From the IMG/VR virus record IMGVR_UViG_3300025174_000013, positions 1-64,000 of that record: a DNA stretch of 64,000 nt. The stretch is one strand, 5' to 3'. Source of the stretch: an uncultured virus (IMG/VR IMGVR_UViG_3300025174_000013) (taxonomy: Duplodnaviria; Heunggongvirae; Uroviricota; Caudoviricetes). Shown here piece after piece: positions 20,361 through 31,900 of this stretch (the stretch's first letter is position 1; each line of letters opens with the position of its first letter). Both the position numbers and the translations under genes were made by a program. A model generated the notes under the pieces. It saw only the letters and a list, made by a program, of their open reading frames with translations, searched no databases and had not been told where the DNA came from.

Positions 20361-21422
20361 ATGAACGTAGAAGCAATACAAGACGAAAAAAATTCAGTTG
20401 TTGACGTAATCAGAAAGAAAGATTACATGCCTTCTTTAGAGATGGTAAAAGTCAATCACTACGGAAAAATTATTGATGTACCGCAAATAGTTCTAAGTCC
20501 AAAAAACTCTGGAACAAAATACGTACTTCAAGGAAGACCATTCAGTAAATTCTTAACCTTCATTAAAGTTCGTAAATCCAAATTAGTACCACAAATTAGG
20601 GCTACTTTGAGAAAAGGTGAAGGAATAGAAACACATAACAAATACATCCAAAACAAATATCCAAAGTCACCAACAAAGAAATTCCAAATACTGCATAAAG
20701 GCGGAATAGTAACTAGATTTACTTCCAACAAATATATGTCAGTAGATCAAGAATTCATTCAAAAAACAATCGAAGATAGATTAACTGCTGAAGGAATCAG
20801 ATTTGAGAAAACTGTCAAATTTGAAGGCGTTAATGGCATCTATAAATTGTTAAATGCAGTGACTAAAGGTTCAGAAATAGCAAAAACTGTAAGCTACATC
20901 AATAAGAATAATGGTGATAAATCACTAAGATTCTATGGTGGAGCAGTAGTTATAATATGTGGTAATGGAATGATTTCTAACAATTCAACGTCAGAAATCA
21001 AACTAAGACATATGAAAACAAACACAGAAATTGCAAGAGAAATCAACAAACACATTGGAGCAATCCTAGAAAGCCTAGATGTTCTACCTGAGAAAGTCTT
21101 TAAACTCCGTGAAATCGAAGTAACTAAGAAACAAGCAAAAAAGAGAATCAACGCCTTGCCTATCCCACAATACATGCAAAAAGCAATCTGGAAACGATTG
21201 TTTACCAAGTCAGACAAAACTCTTAATGGTAAAATGGATTGGGATGGAACCCTTTATGGCATCTATATGGCATCCACTTACGTAGGAAGCAATATGGAAA
21301 CCATCAAAAAGAGCAAAAACAGAAAGGAAGAGATTAATGAATCACATGCAGAAATACTACAAAACTTCGAATTAATAACAACTGATTATACAGGTAAAGT
21401 ACCTATTCCAGTGGCTATTTAG
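20361..21422 (+). CDS. DUF932-like protein
   Basis: NNGDKSLRFYGGAVVIICGNGMI...IKLRH matches the DUF932-type signature. Confidence 0.65.
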   Translation: MNVEAIQDEKNSVVDVIRKKDYMPSLEMVKVNHYGKIIDVPQIVLSPKNSGTKYVLQGRPFSKFLTFIKVRKSKLVPQIRATLRKGEGIETHNKYIQNKYPKSPTKKFQILHKGGIVTRFTSNKYMSVDQEFIQKTIEDRLTAEGIRFEKTVKFEGVNGIYKLLNAVTKGSEIAKTVSYINKNNGDKSLRFYGGAVVIICGNGMISNNSTSEIKLRHMKTNTEIAREINKHIGAILESLDVLPEKVFKLREIEVTKKQAKKRINALPIPQYMQKAIWKRLFTKSDKTLNGKMDWDGTLYGIYMASTYVGSNMETIKKSKNRKEEINESHAEILQNFELITTDYTGKVPIPVAI

Positions 21423-21443
21423 CCACTTTCTTTTTATTTATAA

Positions 21444-21453
21444 TTAAATACTA
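21444..21453 (+). promoter_or_regulatory. TTAAATACTA promoter (copies at 61669 and 63070)
   Basis: Identical 10-mer 28-29 nt before starts 21472, 61698 and 63098. Confidence 0.6.
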
Positions 21454-21471
21454 GTAAGATGTATCTATAAT

Positions 21472-22095
21472 GTGGCACGTTTAATAGAGTGGGAAAGTGT
21501 AAAGGAAAAATTAAGATTAAATGATGATACTTTAAAAGACGAAATGTATCTCTATATACAGGAAGTAGACGATCTTGTAAATAATAGGATTAGGAATAAA
21601 TTAGGAACTACTGATTTCAACGGTAATGATATCATACTTCCTTTAACTGTTGACGGGGAACCATCAATAGATGAAGAACTTAAAGCAATAGCAACAGATT
21701 TGGTTATAGGTAAATTTAGATTACAAACTTCGGAAAAACCACTGGTTTGGGATACGGCAATAAAAAACTTAGATAATTATCTTGATAGACGATTTGGATA
21801 TACAAGAAATGTGCCATTTAGACAAATACCATTAATTGTATTAGATCCAGCTCTTGGTCCTCCAAGTCAGGTTGTAACAATAGAAGGAAGCAGATGGCTA
21901 CCCAATGCTTTGTTAAGAATTACTGTTGACGGGATACAAGTAACAACTATTCCAGCACAAGCATTAACAGATGAGAATGGAGCATTTTCAGGTATAACAT
22001 TTACAATACCAGCTTCATCAATAGTTAATGAACCGGCTATTATAATTATAACAGATAGAAAAAATTTCAAAGAGATTAACTTTACGGTGATTTAA
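21472..22095 (+). CDS. Head-tail adaptor with a C-terminal Ig-like domain
   Basis: ESVKEKLRL...DD-type helical N-terminus; LDPALGPPSQVVTIEG...TDENGAFS Ig-like C-terminus; position after capsid. Confidence 0.55.
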   Translation: MARLIEWESVKEKLRLNDDTLKDEMYLYIQEVDDLVNNRIRNKLGTTDFNGNDIILPLTVDGEPSIDEELKAIATDLVIGKFRLQTSEKPLVWDTAIKNLDNYLDRRFGYTRNVPFRQIPLIVLDPALGPPSQVVTIEGSRWLPNALLRITVDGIQVTTIPAQALTDENGAFSGITFTIPASSIVNEPAIIIITDRKNFKEINFTVI

Positions 22096-22097
22096 AC

Positions 22098-22919
22098 ATG
22101 AGTGCTTCAGGCAATTTTCAGGCGGATACACTTACTCAAGATCAGGTAGTAACTATATTAAAAACTGGAACATATCCATACAAGCTATTAAGGTTCTTCA
22201 CTCAAGAACAAAAGTTTCCAGATTATCCAAGCGTGGAAGTAAGAAGGGTTGGTTCGCCATCAACTACGTCAGATGTTCAAAAAACTACGGTAGATACAAC
22301 ATTTGAAATAAAACTGTTACTAAAGTATACAAGAGAAGAAGAATTTGAAGAAGCCGATAGATTAGTAACGGAAGATGAAATTTTAACGTTATTGGAAAAT
22401 GCTGATATACCACCACCGGGAAAAATATTTTTTGAACAAAAGAGTTGGAATACCTCAACTACTGATAGTGCAATTTATGGTAGTACAAGCACATTACGAT
22501 TTACTTTTAGACAGATTTTATCCACTACAGGGGATGGAATTGTTGGTGCATATAATTCATTTGAATTGGATAGTGATGGATCTGGTTCTCCACTTTCAGG
22601 ACCTCTTTCAATTCAACCTCTTTCAATAAGTGATGTATCAGGTGTAACTGTTGATCAACATAGTATAGATACAGGGCAAGTTCAATATGATCCAAGGGAA
22701 CTAAGGGAAGGAGATTTGAATATAACCTATGAATCTACTCCAGATATAGATGTTCTTGTAGATCAACTACATACAGCAAGGGAAGAATTTAAGGGAAAAC
22801 TAGTAAGAAACGGAGTGCCAAAAAATGTGCTATTTTTAGTAGGAACAAGCACAAGAACTAGTAGTTATGGTGAAGTTGAGAAGGTTACAACACAGTTTTT
22901 CGTGGTGGGAACATGGTAA
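22098..22919 (+). CDS. Tail completion/terminator-like structural protein
   Basis: Position in the morphogenesis operon; YPSVEV...FEIKLLLKY pattern. Confidence 0.4.
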   Translation: MSASGNFQADTLTQDQVVTILKTGTYPYKLLRFFTQEQKFPDYPSVEVRRVGSPSTTSDVQKTTVDTTFEIKLLLKYTREEEFEEADRLVTEDEILTLLENADIPPPGKIFFEQKSWNTSTTDSAIYGSTSTLRFTFRQILSTTGDGIVGAYNSFELDSDGSGSPLSGPLSIQPLSISDVSGVTVDQHSIDTGQVQYDPRELREGDLNITYESTPDIDVLVDQLHTAREEFKGKLVRNGVPKNVLFLVGTSTRTSSYGEVEKVTTQFFVVGTW

Positions 22920-22959
22920 AAAAATATATGTTTTTAAACGATAAAGAGGAATGTAGGTT

Positions 22960-23502
22960 ATGGCTATAATTGATTTTAACTTGCAGGGATTAAGAACTCG
23001 TGCATTTAAAGGGTTTATTCAATTTCAAGATCCAAATAATCCAGCTAATTACCTTAGATTAAAAGAAAGACAAACAGCCAGTGTTACATTTAATTGGTTA
23101 AGAGATCCACATTATGATGATGCCGGTATAAAAGTATTAGATCCAGCTGGACATGGTCATACATTTGATATGAATCTAAAACTTACTTCTGATTTAATAG
23201 ATGATGAATATAATAAAGCAAATCCAGACACATCTTCGGATAAAAAGACAGTTTCTTATTGGATGCTTAAAAACGAGTTATATGAGCCAATTCAAATAAT
23301 ATTTGTTACAACACTTGAAGCACAAAGCGGTCCCGCTGGAGATACAACAGAAAAATTCTTACATTTTAAATTTGTTTTAGATCCAAATAAGTTTGGTCCC
23401 GTTACTTTGGGAGCAAGTGGTGGTACTGTAAGTATACCGGTTTCCGGAGAAGTAATAAGTATATCTGAAGTAAGAAGAACAATAAATAGCGATGCACCTT
23501 GA
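22960..23502 (+). CDS. Probable tail tube protein
   Basis: 180 aa, beta-rich, own TATA (tttttaaa near 22932), position. Confidence 0.4.
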   Translation: MAIIDFNLQGLRTRAFKGFIQFQDPNNPANYLRLKERQTASVTFNWLRDPHYDDAGIKVLDPAGHGHTFDMNLKLTSDLIDDEYNKANPDTSSDKKTVSYWMLKNELYEPIQIIFVTTLEAQSGPAGDTTEKFLHFKFVLDPNKFGPVTLGASGGTVSIPVSGEVISISEVRRTINSDAP

Positions 23503-23987
23503 TACCATCAGTAGAAGATGCACAAAAGTATAAGAATAAAATATTTCATATAAGAGATAATATTGATTTTGTCTTACTAAGAAGTGCAGAAAGATGGGTT
23601 AATGAATTGATTATAGATGAAATTCAAAACAGAATGAGAAATGCTAACTTCTCTCAAAAGATATGGATGAACACCAAAATTATAACATCTAAAATTGAAA
23701 GAGATAAAGTAATAGTAACTTTACAGAATTATTATTTTTCAGAATCAGGTTTTGATGTGGCAATAGCACGGGAATACGGAACTAAAGATCACTGGATTAG
23801 ACCTAGATTTAAACAACTGTTAAGTTGGATTCAAGATGGAAGAAGATTATTCTCAAAAGGACATATAGTAAGTGGATTAAAATCACTTTACATTATAAAA
23901 AATGTTGTTAATGAAAAGATACCTGAAGTTCAACTGAAACTAAATGAAGACGTAGAAGAGTGGAAAGCCCATGTTTTTGCACAATAA
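23499..23987 (+). CDS. HK97 gp10-like neck/tail completion protein
   Basis: AIAREYGTKDHWIRPR...LSW motif. Confidence 0.6.
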   Translation: MIPSVEDAQKYKNKIFHIRDNIDFVLLRSAERWVNELIIDEIQNRMRNANFSQKIWMNTKIITSKIERDKVIVTLQNYYFSESGFDVAIAREYGTKDHWIRPRFKQLLSWIQDGRRLFSKGHIVSGLKSLYIIKNVVNEKIPEVQLKLNEDVEEWKAHVFAQ

Positions 23988-24023
23988 AATATGCTAATAT
24001 AGTCCAGAGCGGTTATATTAGTT

Positions 24024-24311
24024 ATGAAGAGTCTTAATGATGAATATGAAGTAAAGAATGTTATTTATGAAGGACAAAAGAGGTATAGAAAAACATCTGA
24101 AGGGAAAGAAGCTTTAGCAAGGGCAAATAGAAAATACAAGATAAAACAAAGAGTACAGCAACTTTATGATGCAAGTAAAACAAAAGCACCAAGCTGTCAT
24201 GATTGCGGTGAAACATATTTAGGATTTTTAACTGTTGATAATAGTAATGTAATTTGCTATAATTGCAAATTTGGAATAAATGAAGAAGAGATTGAGGAGA
24301 TATGCCAGTAG
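24024..24311 (+). CDS. Degenerate HNH-like zinc-binding protein
   Basis: CHDCGE...FLTVD...ICYNC scaffold with the catalytic His and loop missing. Confidence 0.45.
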   Translation: MKSLNDEYEVKNVIYEGQKRYRKTSEGKEALARANRKYKIKQRVQQLYDASKTKAPSCHDCGETYLGFLTVDNSNVICYNCKFGINEEEIEEICQ

Positions 24312-25228
24312 AAAAGGACATTAATTTAGATAAGCCACTTTCTGAAGCCGATATTAGGCAAATGGAAGAAGATGCTAGTAGATTGGAAGAGTTAGCTAAA
24401 AAGGCAGAAGCCAATTCTGAAAAAGCCTCAAGTTTACAAAGTAAAGAAGATCAATTATTAAATGACGCTGTTAAGAAAGTAGAACAAATAGAAAAAGAAG
24501 CAGAGAAGGCAGAAAAAGCAAGAACGCGAATTAAAAGAACAATCACAGAAGTAAATCAATTAGCAGAACACAGAACTGCATTAGGTAATATAGGCGGTGA
24601 AGAAGACTTTGAAGAATCAGAAGCGGGCGGATTTGAAGGAATGGGTGGAAGAGATCCATTTACTGGTAGATTAAAGACTGGAAGAACTGCATTTGGAACA
24701 GGACAAGAAAAATCTCCAATGGGAACTATTATAAGATTACAGGCACAATTAGAAGAAGCAGTAAAGCTAGCAGAACAACAAAAGAAAGAACAAAAGAAAA
24801 TAGAAAAAGAAATTAGAGATCAATTAGCAGAACAGAAGGCAATGTTAAGTAAAGTACAAAATGATTTTTCACAAGCTTTACAAATTAACGCAGATCCAGT
24901 TGGGTTTGGAATAGGAAAATTAAAAGGACTTATAGGAAAAGGCGGAATATATGGATTAATAGCACTTGCTGTTATTGAAATGGCAGACCAAATTTTTCAA
25001 GAAGTTGTTAAGCTATATGGAGATGGAGGACCTTACGATGTAAGAAAAACTGTAAAAGATCAAGTTAAAGAAATTGCAGAATTAGATCATATGTTAGATA
25101 GAAGAGCAGGAAGAGTGTTCTTTACTTCAGACGTTGAATTACAATCAGGACCCCCTGAAGTATCTAATACTACAAGACAAAGAGATAGAGTTGTTCAATT
25201 CCAGAATTGGAATGTTGGTGGTGCTTAA
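24302..25228 (+). CDS. Short tape-measure-like coiled-coil protein
   Basis: 308 aa with two coiled-coil stretches and a Gly-rich hydrophobic segment (GKGGIYGLIALAVI); precedes tail-tip genes. Confidence 0.45.
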   Translation: MPVEKDINLDKPLSEADIRQMEEDASRLEELAKKAEANSEKASSLQSKEDQLLNDAVKKVEQIEKEAEKAEKARTRIKRTITEVNQLAEHRTALGNIGGEEDFEESEAGGFEGMGGRDPFTGRLKTGRTAFGTGQEKSPMGTIIRLQAQLEEAVKLAEQQKKEQKKIEKEIRDQLAEQKAMLSKVQNDFSQALQINADPVGFGIGKLKGLIGKGGIYGLIALAVIEMADQIFQEVVKLYGDGGPYDVRKTVKDQVKEIAELDHMLDRRAGRVFFTSDVELQSGPPEVSNTTRQRDRVVQFQNWNVGGA

Positions 25229-25230
25229 AA

Positions 25231-25755
25231 ATGGCAGATGCATTACTTTTCTTTAGAACAGAGGCAACAAAAAAATGGAACGACATTAATCACACAGTTC
25301 CAAGCACATACTTTGATCCAAATAATCTACCTCCTAATCAAAAATTACAATTTACTTTGCCAGAAGAATTGTTGGAATCTGTTTCACTTGTATATGAAAA
25401 TAACATAAAAGATTCACCAGTGTCAAATCCAGCCGGAAAAAGAGTGGTTAATAAACAGGATAACGGGTTACAAGGTCTTACGCTTGTATTTAGAGGACGT
25501 TTTAGAGATGCCAGTTTTGATATATTAAAAATACAGGGTTTTGCAGAACTATTACAATTAGAAGGACAATATCATCAATATGGTAAATTTGGATTTAAAG
25601 CTTCCAACACTGTTTCAACACCATTTAATTATGATCCTACAGATGGATTTGGACTTACTATAAAAAAATTATCAATTTCAAGAGTAGGAGGTAAACCTAA
25701 AAACTTTGATTTTGAACTGGTTTTAACTTCTGGTGGAACCATAGGAGTGCAATGA
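25231..25755 (+). CDS. Distal tail/baseplate-like protein
   Basis: Position and beta-rich character; start moved to ATG 25231, 2 nt after the previous stop. Confidence 0.4.
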   Translation: MADALLFFRTEATKKWNDINHTVPSTYFDPNNLPPNQKLQFTLPEELLESVSLVYENNIKDSPVSNPAGKRVVNKQDNGLQGLTLVFRGRFRDASFDILKIQGFAELLQLEGQYHQYGKFGFKASNTVSTPFNYDPTDGFGLTIKKLSISRVGGKPKNFDFELVLTSGGTIGVQ

Positions 25756-25766
25756 GGTGATAAAAT

Positions 25767-28700
25767 ATGAGTTTTATAAGTACAAACGCGTTTTATCAAG
25801 AAGAAATAATCTTATTAGATAAAGACTTTGAAGCACCAACTCCAATTACTGAAGGTCAAGTGATTAATGGCAATTTACAACCATTTAGGGCTAGAATAGA
25901 GCTAACTAACACAGGTAATGAGTTACAAAATAGTGGGATTATTACTTTAAGAATTCCACCAGATGGAACATTTGTAAGAAAAGAACCAATATTAATAAAT
26001 GAAGGTGCAAAAGATAATTACATTATACAAGCAAGAATAAAACAAGATAGAGATAAGGATGGCGTATATGAAGAAGAAGGAAGACTGTTTAGATTTTTTA
26101 TAGGACAACCTACACTAATAGATGATGCATTAACGGGAGAAACACTTAAGATAACATTAATTTCTACTGAATATCATACAAGAGAAACTTTGGATTCAGA
26201 AAGAATAACTTTTCCATTTAAAACCCCACAAGAAGCATTTGTAAGAAGAATAACTGCCTATAATACAATAAAAGGTGAAACTAATACTCAATTAATACAT
26301 CCTGTTGGAATAAATGAAACTATAAAGTTACCTGATGCAGAATCATTAAGTCAAGAATGGCGACCATTAGCACCAACCTCAACACATGATTTATTTAGAA
26401 TTATAGCAAAATCACAGTCTTTACCAAGTATTGCAGGCGGTGTTTTTAGAGATTTCTTTTTTGATTATGAACCACTTGTTCTTTCAACAAAAGCAGTAAC
26501 AATAAAAGCAGAAGAAGAAGGAACTGTTGATAGAGGAGTAATAATAGATCCACTTCTTTTTGAATTTGTTTCGGGTACAGAAAAAGATAAAACAATCAAT
26601 GTCGATTTGATTAAGTTTAAAAACCATGTTGTGATGGAAGGTAATCCAGTTGGTGGAACACTACCTATGGAAAATGCAAAATTTTCTTCTTTATGGGAAC
26701 ATGCAAAAATAAGACCTGAATGGGATGCAACCACACAATATTATGATGGAACATTAGGAACAAATCAAAGTGAAGTACGAATTCTTGATCCGTTTTTAGA
26801 TGAAATAAGATTTTTTAAAGCAATACAAACAACAGGAAACATAAATAGAAATCCTACAACTGATCCTCTTAAAGAAGCATATTGGGAAGAAGATTTTGTA
26901 ACAATTCCAGATTATAATAAATATGCAAGTTATAAAAAAGACGATATAATAGTTCAACCAGATTCAGGTCCAAGTCCAGTCGATAGATTTTACAAAGCAA
27001 TTCAAGATGTACCAAATAATCCAACTAATCTATCAATATATAAACCAGCACCTTTTGGAACAAGTTATTGGGCTGACACAGGACAAACATTTTTGAGAGG
27101 ACTTAATCATCCGTTATTTGATTCTAATGCAATAACTATAGGAAGAGGTGGAAGAACACGATTCTTTAGTTATACTCCATGGACTGCTGATTTTGAAGCA
27201 ATGAGAGCAGGAACATTGTTTGGTATTGGTGATAATCAACAAGAAGATAATTTTGAAACAGCAGGATATCAAGGAGTTGTTCCAGATTGGAATTATGTAA
27301 GAGCAAACTTTGACAGAATAGAAGCTGATAATCAATATGAGCAAGTAGTAGGAAAAGACGTAATAAAAACTCTAGATGCACCACCACCAGACAAAGAATG
27401 TTATCTTGGTGCAAGATATTTGGTTTCAGAAAATCCTACAGGAATATTTAGTGGACAAGATAATAAAATAGCAGAATATGTCGGTCCAGATTTTAATCCA
27501 AATGATTCAGTTAGTGATTGGGAATTCAGCAAATCTCCAGAACATGGTGAGGTTATTTGTCATCAAGCAACTGGAGTTATGTTAGTATGGAAAAACGACA
27601 CAAATCAGTGGGAAAAGTTTTGGAATGTTTTGGATATTGCACCCGGCGGTGTAGATAATTCAATATGGCAACAAATAGTAAATGGACTAACAACAGTTGG
27701 GGTTTTTTTTATAGTCACTGCACTTGGACCCATTGTTGGTACAGCAATTTCATTTTTATTTGATATACAAACATTCGGTAGTGCAACAAGGCAATCTCCA
27801 TTACATATTTGTAAAGATATTAAATTAGTAGAAGGAGCATCTGGAATTCCGGGTCAAGCATTTGAGTTAAGATTTGATTGGAACCCATTTGAAAGTAATT
27901 TTCACTTCACCGGTGAAACAGGAGGAGATAAGAAAAATTATACTAGTTTAGGAGCATGGTGGTTTATGCAATTTCCATATATGAAAATACCTACATTTTC
28001 AAGAGATGTTGGTGATGTATATAAAAATCCTGTTATAGATACTAATAATTTAACATTAAACCATAAAGGAGAATATGGATGGAATAGAGGTCTTGATAGT
28101 GAAGACTTGGGTAGAATACAAACAATTCATTTTAAAGCAAGATTATCATTATATGGCTCAATTACTGGAGGTTTGGTTCTTGGTTATGCAGATATGCCTA
28201 TGGTTTGTTGGGCTGTAGATATTTTTGATAGAATTTGGTACACACCAATTAAGATATCAAGAAACGGACAATATGATGTATTTGATTTGTCATTTGGTGA
28301 AAATTCAGCAGGACAATTACATCATGGAAGGTATGACGAATATCTTAAATTATTTGGTATTGTTTTGGAAACAGATTGGTTGTTAAAAGAGAAAGAATGG
28401 TCAGGATTGGAATTTGACTGGAGGTTTGTAAAAGCTATTGGAATATTTTATGAAGCAGGGTACAATAACGAAGGACTATATGTTGCAAGTCAGTTTCCCG
28501 ATTATGTAAAAAGTATATCAGAACAAGTTGCAGGATCAATATTTCCTTTTATTATTTCTCAAGGATTGCCGGGCGAAGAACATCAACCAAATGATTTACT
28601 TATTAATAATGCTAGATTGGCAATAGATGAACTTCATTTTAAAAAACAACTATATACAACTTCAAACAATAAATCACTTCAAACATTAGGTTCTAATTCA

Positions 28701-28985
28701 AGAGCAATATTAGACCACGATGCATCTGAAGTTGATTACTTAAACTTAAAAATAAAATCACAAGCATCAAGGGAAAGAAAGAAATTTGTTGAACAAGTTT
28801 GGTTTATGCAAGGTCACGGAGATGTAAGATTAAGATTTGGTGAAAAGTTTGTTGCAAGTGGAAGTAGAGTTCCCGGCGGTACTCAAGACCTTATATGCAG
28901 TGAAGTAAAACATGTTATAGATAATGATGGATATATGGTACATATTACAGGCAAACGAAAGTTTGTTTTTGAAGAGGAGGTGTAA
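25767..28985 (+). CDS. Tail tip/baseplate hub protein with inserted domains
   Basis: Hub-like termini (GDVRLRFGE...SEVKHVI), CBM-like PEWDATTQY / YKKDDIIV segments, DUF2793-like RYLVSENPTGIFSGQDNKIAEY. Confidence 0.55.
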   Translation: MSFISTNAFYQEEIILLDKDFEAPTPITEGQVINGNLQPFRARIELTNTGNELQNSGIITLRIPPDGTFVRKEPILINEGAKDNYIIQARIKQDRDKDGVYEEEGRLFRFFIGQPTLIDDALTGETLKITLISTEYHTRETLDSERITFPFKTPQEAFVRRITAYNTIKGETNTQLIHPVGINETIKLPDAESLSQEWRPLAPTSTHDLFRIIAKSQSLPSIAGGVFRDFFFDYEPLVLSTKAVTIKAEEEGTVDRGVIIDPLLFEFVSGTEKDKTINVDLIKFKNHVVMEGNPVGGTLPMENAKFSSLWEHAKIRPEWDATTQYYDGTLGTNQSEVRILDPFLDEIRFFKAIQTTGNINRNPTTDPLKEAYWEEDFVTIPDYNKYASYKKDDIIVQPDSGPSPVDRFYKAIQDVPNNPTNLSIYKPAPFGTSYWADTGQTFLRGLNHPLFDSNAITIGRGGRTRFFSYTPWTADFEAMRAGTLFGIGDNQQEDNFETAGYQGVVPDWNYVRANFDRIEADNQYEQVVGKDVIKTLDAPPPDKECYLGARYLVSENPTGIFSGQDNKIAEYVGPDFNPNDSVSDWEFSKSPEHGEVICHQATGVMLVWKNDTNQWEKFWNVLDIAPGGVDNSIWQQIVNGLTTVGVFFIVTALGPIVGTAISFLFDIQTFGSATRQSPLHICKDIKLVEGASGIPGQAFELRFDWNPFESNFHFTGETGGDKKNYTSLGAWWFMQFPYMKIPTFSRDVGDVYKNPVIDTNNLTLNHKGEYGWNRGLDSEDLGRIQTIHFKARLSLYGSITGGLVLGYADMPMVCWAVDIFDRIWYTPIKISRNGQYDVFDLSFGENSAGQLHHGRYDEYLKLFGIVLETDWLLKEKEWSGLEFDWRFVKAIGIFYEAGYNNEGLYVASQFPDYVKSISEQVAGSIFPFIISQGLPGEEHQPNDLLINNARLAIDELHFKKQLYTTSNNKSLQTLGSNSRAILDHDASEVDYLNLKIKSQASRERKKFVEQVWFMQGHGDVRLRFGEKFVASGSRVPGGTQDLICSEVKHVIDNDGYMVHITGKRKFVFEEEV

Positions 28986-28988
28986 TAA

Positions 28989-31900
28989 ATGAGCTATGAT
29001 AATGATACAGCAGATCACGCAATAAGAGCGTTAAAGGAAGAAGTAGCAAAAATAAGAGAAGAGCAGTTTGCCAAAGCATTTCCACTAAATTCGGGAGGAA
29101 GAGGAGGTGGAAAATTAAGCTCTAGTATTGGTGGTTCGTTACCAACTACAGGAACTGCTACATTTATTCCTAATGTAATTAGATTAACCAAAGATACTGG
29201 TGTAATAAATAAGTTAAATTATAAAACGCTAGTACCAAACATGGAATTTGCGATAAATGAAACAATTACTGGTGGAACTTCTGGTGCGACAGCAATAATA
29301 GGAGATATAGATATACTTACTTCTACTACAGGTGTTTTAACACTTAAACCAAATTCGATAAGCGGAACATTTACTAATAACGAAAATTTAAACGGTAGCA
29401 TAAATGGAAACGCAAAAGTTGATGGAACGTTATATACACAAACTGGCAGAGGTCATTTAAACGCTGGTTCAGCTTCAATTATTGTAGAAGGTGTAGCAAC
29501 GCCATATGAAATTCATTTTATAGATAATGCAAAAAACAACGGACAAATAGTGTTATTAAGAGCACAGAATGGTCAAACAATAAGGCTTAGAAGAGCAATA
29601 ACAACCGATGCTAATACTGGAAATTTGGATTTAGATTCTTCTTTTAATATAATAGAAAATGCAATAGTAATTCTTCAATATCAAGGAGCAAGCAATGTAA
29701 CTTCTGATGGTGGATGGGTGCCAGTTTTATCAAGTGTTACAAGTGGTGGAGCTGGAAATGTTTTTGATTTTCCTATATTATATCCCAAAGAGGATTTAGG
29801 AGATCAGTCTGGAGCTGTTGGTTTATCATTAAATCAAGCAAACGGTCATTATAAGAGAATAAGAATGATAGGAAATATATCATTAACGTTTAGTAGTCCA
29901 CCACCTTCATCAAATGGATTTAAATTTTATGTGTTACTGGTTCAAGATGGAACAGGAAGTCGTACTTTGACTGCATTACCGGCTTCAGTTAAAAACGGTG
30001 CTTCAATATTAACACAAATAGATTCTGCTGTAAATTCACAAACTTTAATACAATTTGTTACGGCTGATGGAGGAGTAACTTATCATGCACAGATAATAGC
30101 ACCGGCTGGAGCTGGTCAAGATACTCCATGGCAAGTTGATCATGATGCTAATACATATGATCTTTTTAATTTAGATAAATTAAGATTTGCCCCAGCTGGA
30201 GGATTTAGTTTTCCTACTGATGCAACAGTAAAGGGACTTTCAACTTCTGGAACGGGAATAGAAGCAAATGTTCCACCATCACAACAATATAGATGGTATA
30301 TTGGTGGGTTTCCACACATGACATTAGATACTTTTGATTTACTCATGCATGACTTTAATATAAAAGATGTAAGATTTCTTGGGTTTACAGATAGCCCTTC
30401 ATTTACAGCTCACATAACAAGTGAAACATCGAATGCAAGATTATATTATTCTGTAACAGGTGCTGGTTCTCATCATGCATTTTACGTAGATAATGGAGTA
30501 AATGCAAACATGGAAATGAGGTTGAATGTTAATAAATCAAATGTAAATTTGGATATGGTTACAAATGATATTATTAATCTAGATCAAGCTCAATTTGACG
30601 CATTTGGTGGGTTTGTTTCATCTATTGATCATGGACAAAGAAGAATCAGTGGTGGTAATTCTGGAATCAATATTAATGTGCCAAAATTAAAAACTGTTAA
30701 ACTATGGTTTGAAAATACTGGACAAACTAATAGTGATCTAAAATATGAATTTAGACAAGATGGACTTGATATGTATACTAATAATATATTCAATGTTCAA
30801 GGAATATTTTTTCCAAATGCAGGAAGTATAATTGATTTAGCTGGATTTGGATTAGAATTTCTAGCTGGTGTAAATCCTCCTTTTGGAACTGGTAATCCGC
30901 AAACTATGAACTTTAGAGTAAGGGGACCTGCACCTTCATACACTCAATTAGATATGTTTGTATTGGATGGCTTAGGACATAATACAACAAACGGTGGTGG
31001 AATGAAAATGTCTACTGATCTTAATTTACAAACTCAGAATATACATAATGTTGATATGATTAATTTTAGTTCTAATAATGGCATAGTAGGAGGAAATCAA
31101 TTTGCAATAGCTGGCTCTACTGATGCAAATAGATTAGAGTTCAACGTTCCTTTTTTTAAGAGTTTTAGTTTCAGAGAAAACGATACAGAATTCATGAGTT
31201 TAGAAGAAGGATTATTAACAATGAATTTTGTATTCTCTGATCCAAGAATACGAGCAAATCAATTTGAATTACTAACTCATACATTAGGTACTAGTGGAAT
31301 GGTAGATGGAATGATAAGACAAGTAAATAATGGAGGTTCATTAGATATAATGGTAGGAACTGGTGGATTTATTAGAAACTTAACAAATGCATTTGGCACT
31401 TCTTTTATTGGATTTACTGCAGATGCAGATCTTAATATGGGTACATTTAATATCTTTAATTTGGATGTATTACGATATGCTGTAGATAGTGGTGTAATAG
31501 GATTTGGAGAATATGGTTCAGCTGTAAATGCAGGGAACACTAAATTACAATGGAGTGTTCCATTAGGTAAGTTTTATGATTGGCAAGTTAATCTTACTTC
31601 TATAGCAACTTTAAACACTGCATCATTTCATATGAAAACAAATACATTTATAACAAATCCAAGCATTATAGCAGACGGTGCATTTATTTTAGGTGCAAAT
31701 CACGCAAATGGAACAACAGGAATGCTTAATGGCGAAGACAGATTAGTGGGAAATGACGTAATATTTAGATCTGGAAATACAAATGTAAACTTAACAACAT
31801 TAAGTGCCGGTGGAGCAGATAACTTGGGTGATCACACTGCAACACAACCGCTTAATATGGCGTTTAATACAATAACTAATTATTTAGGATGGACTTCTAG

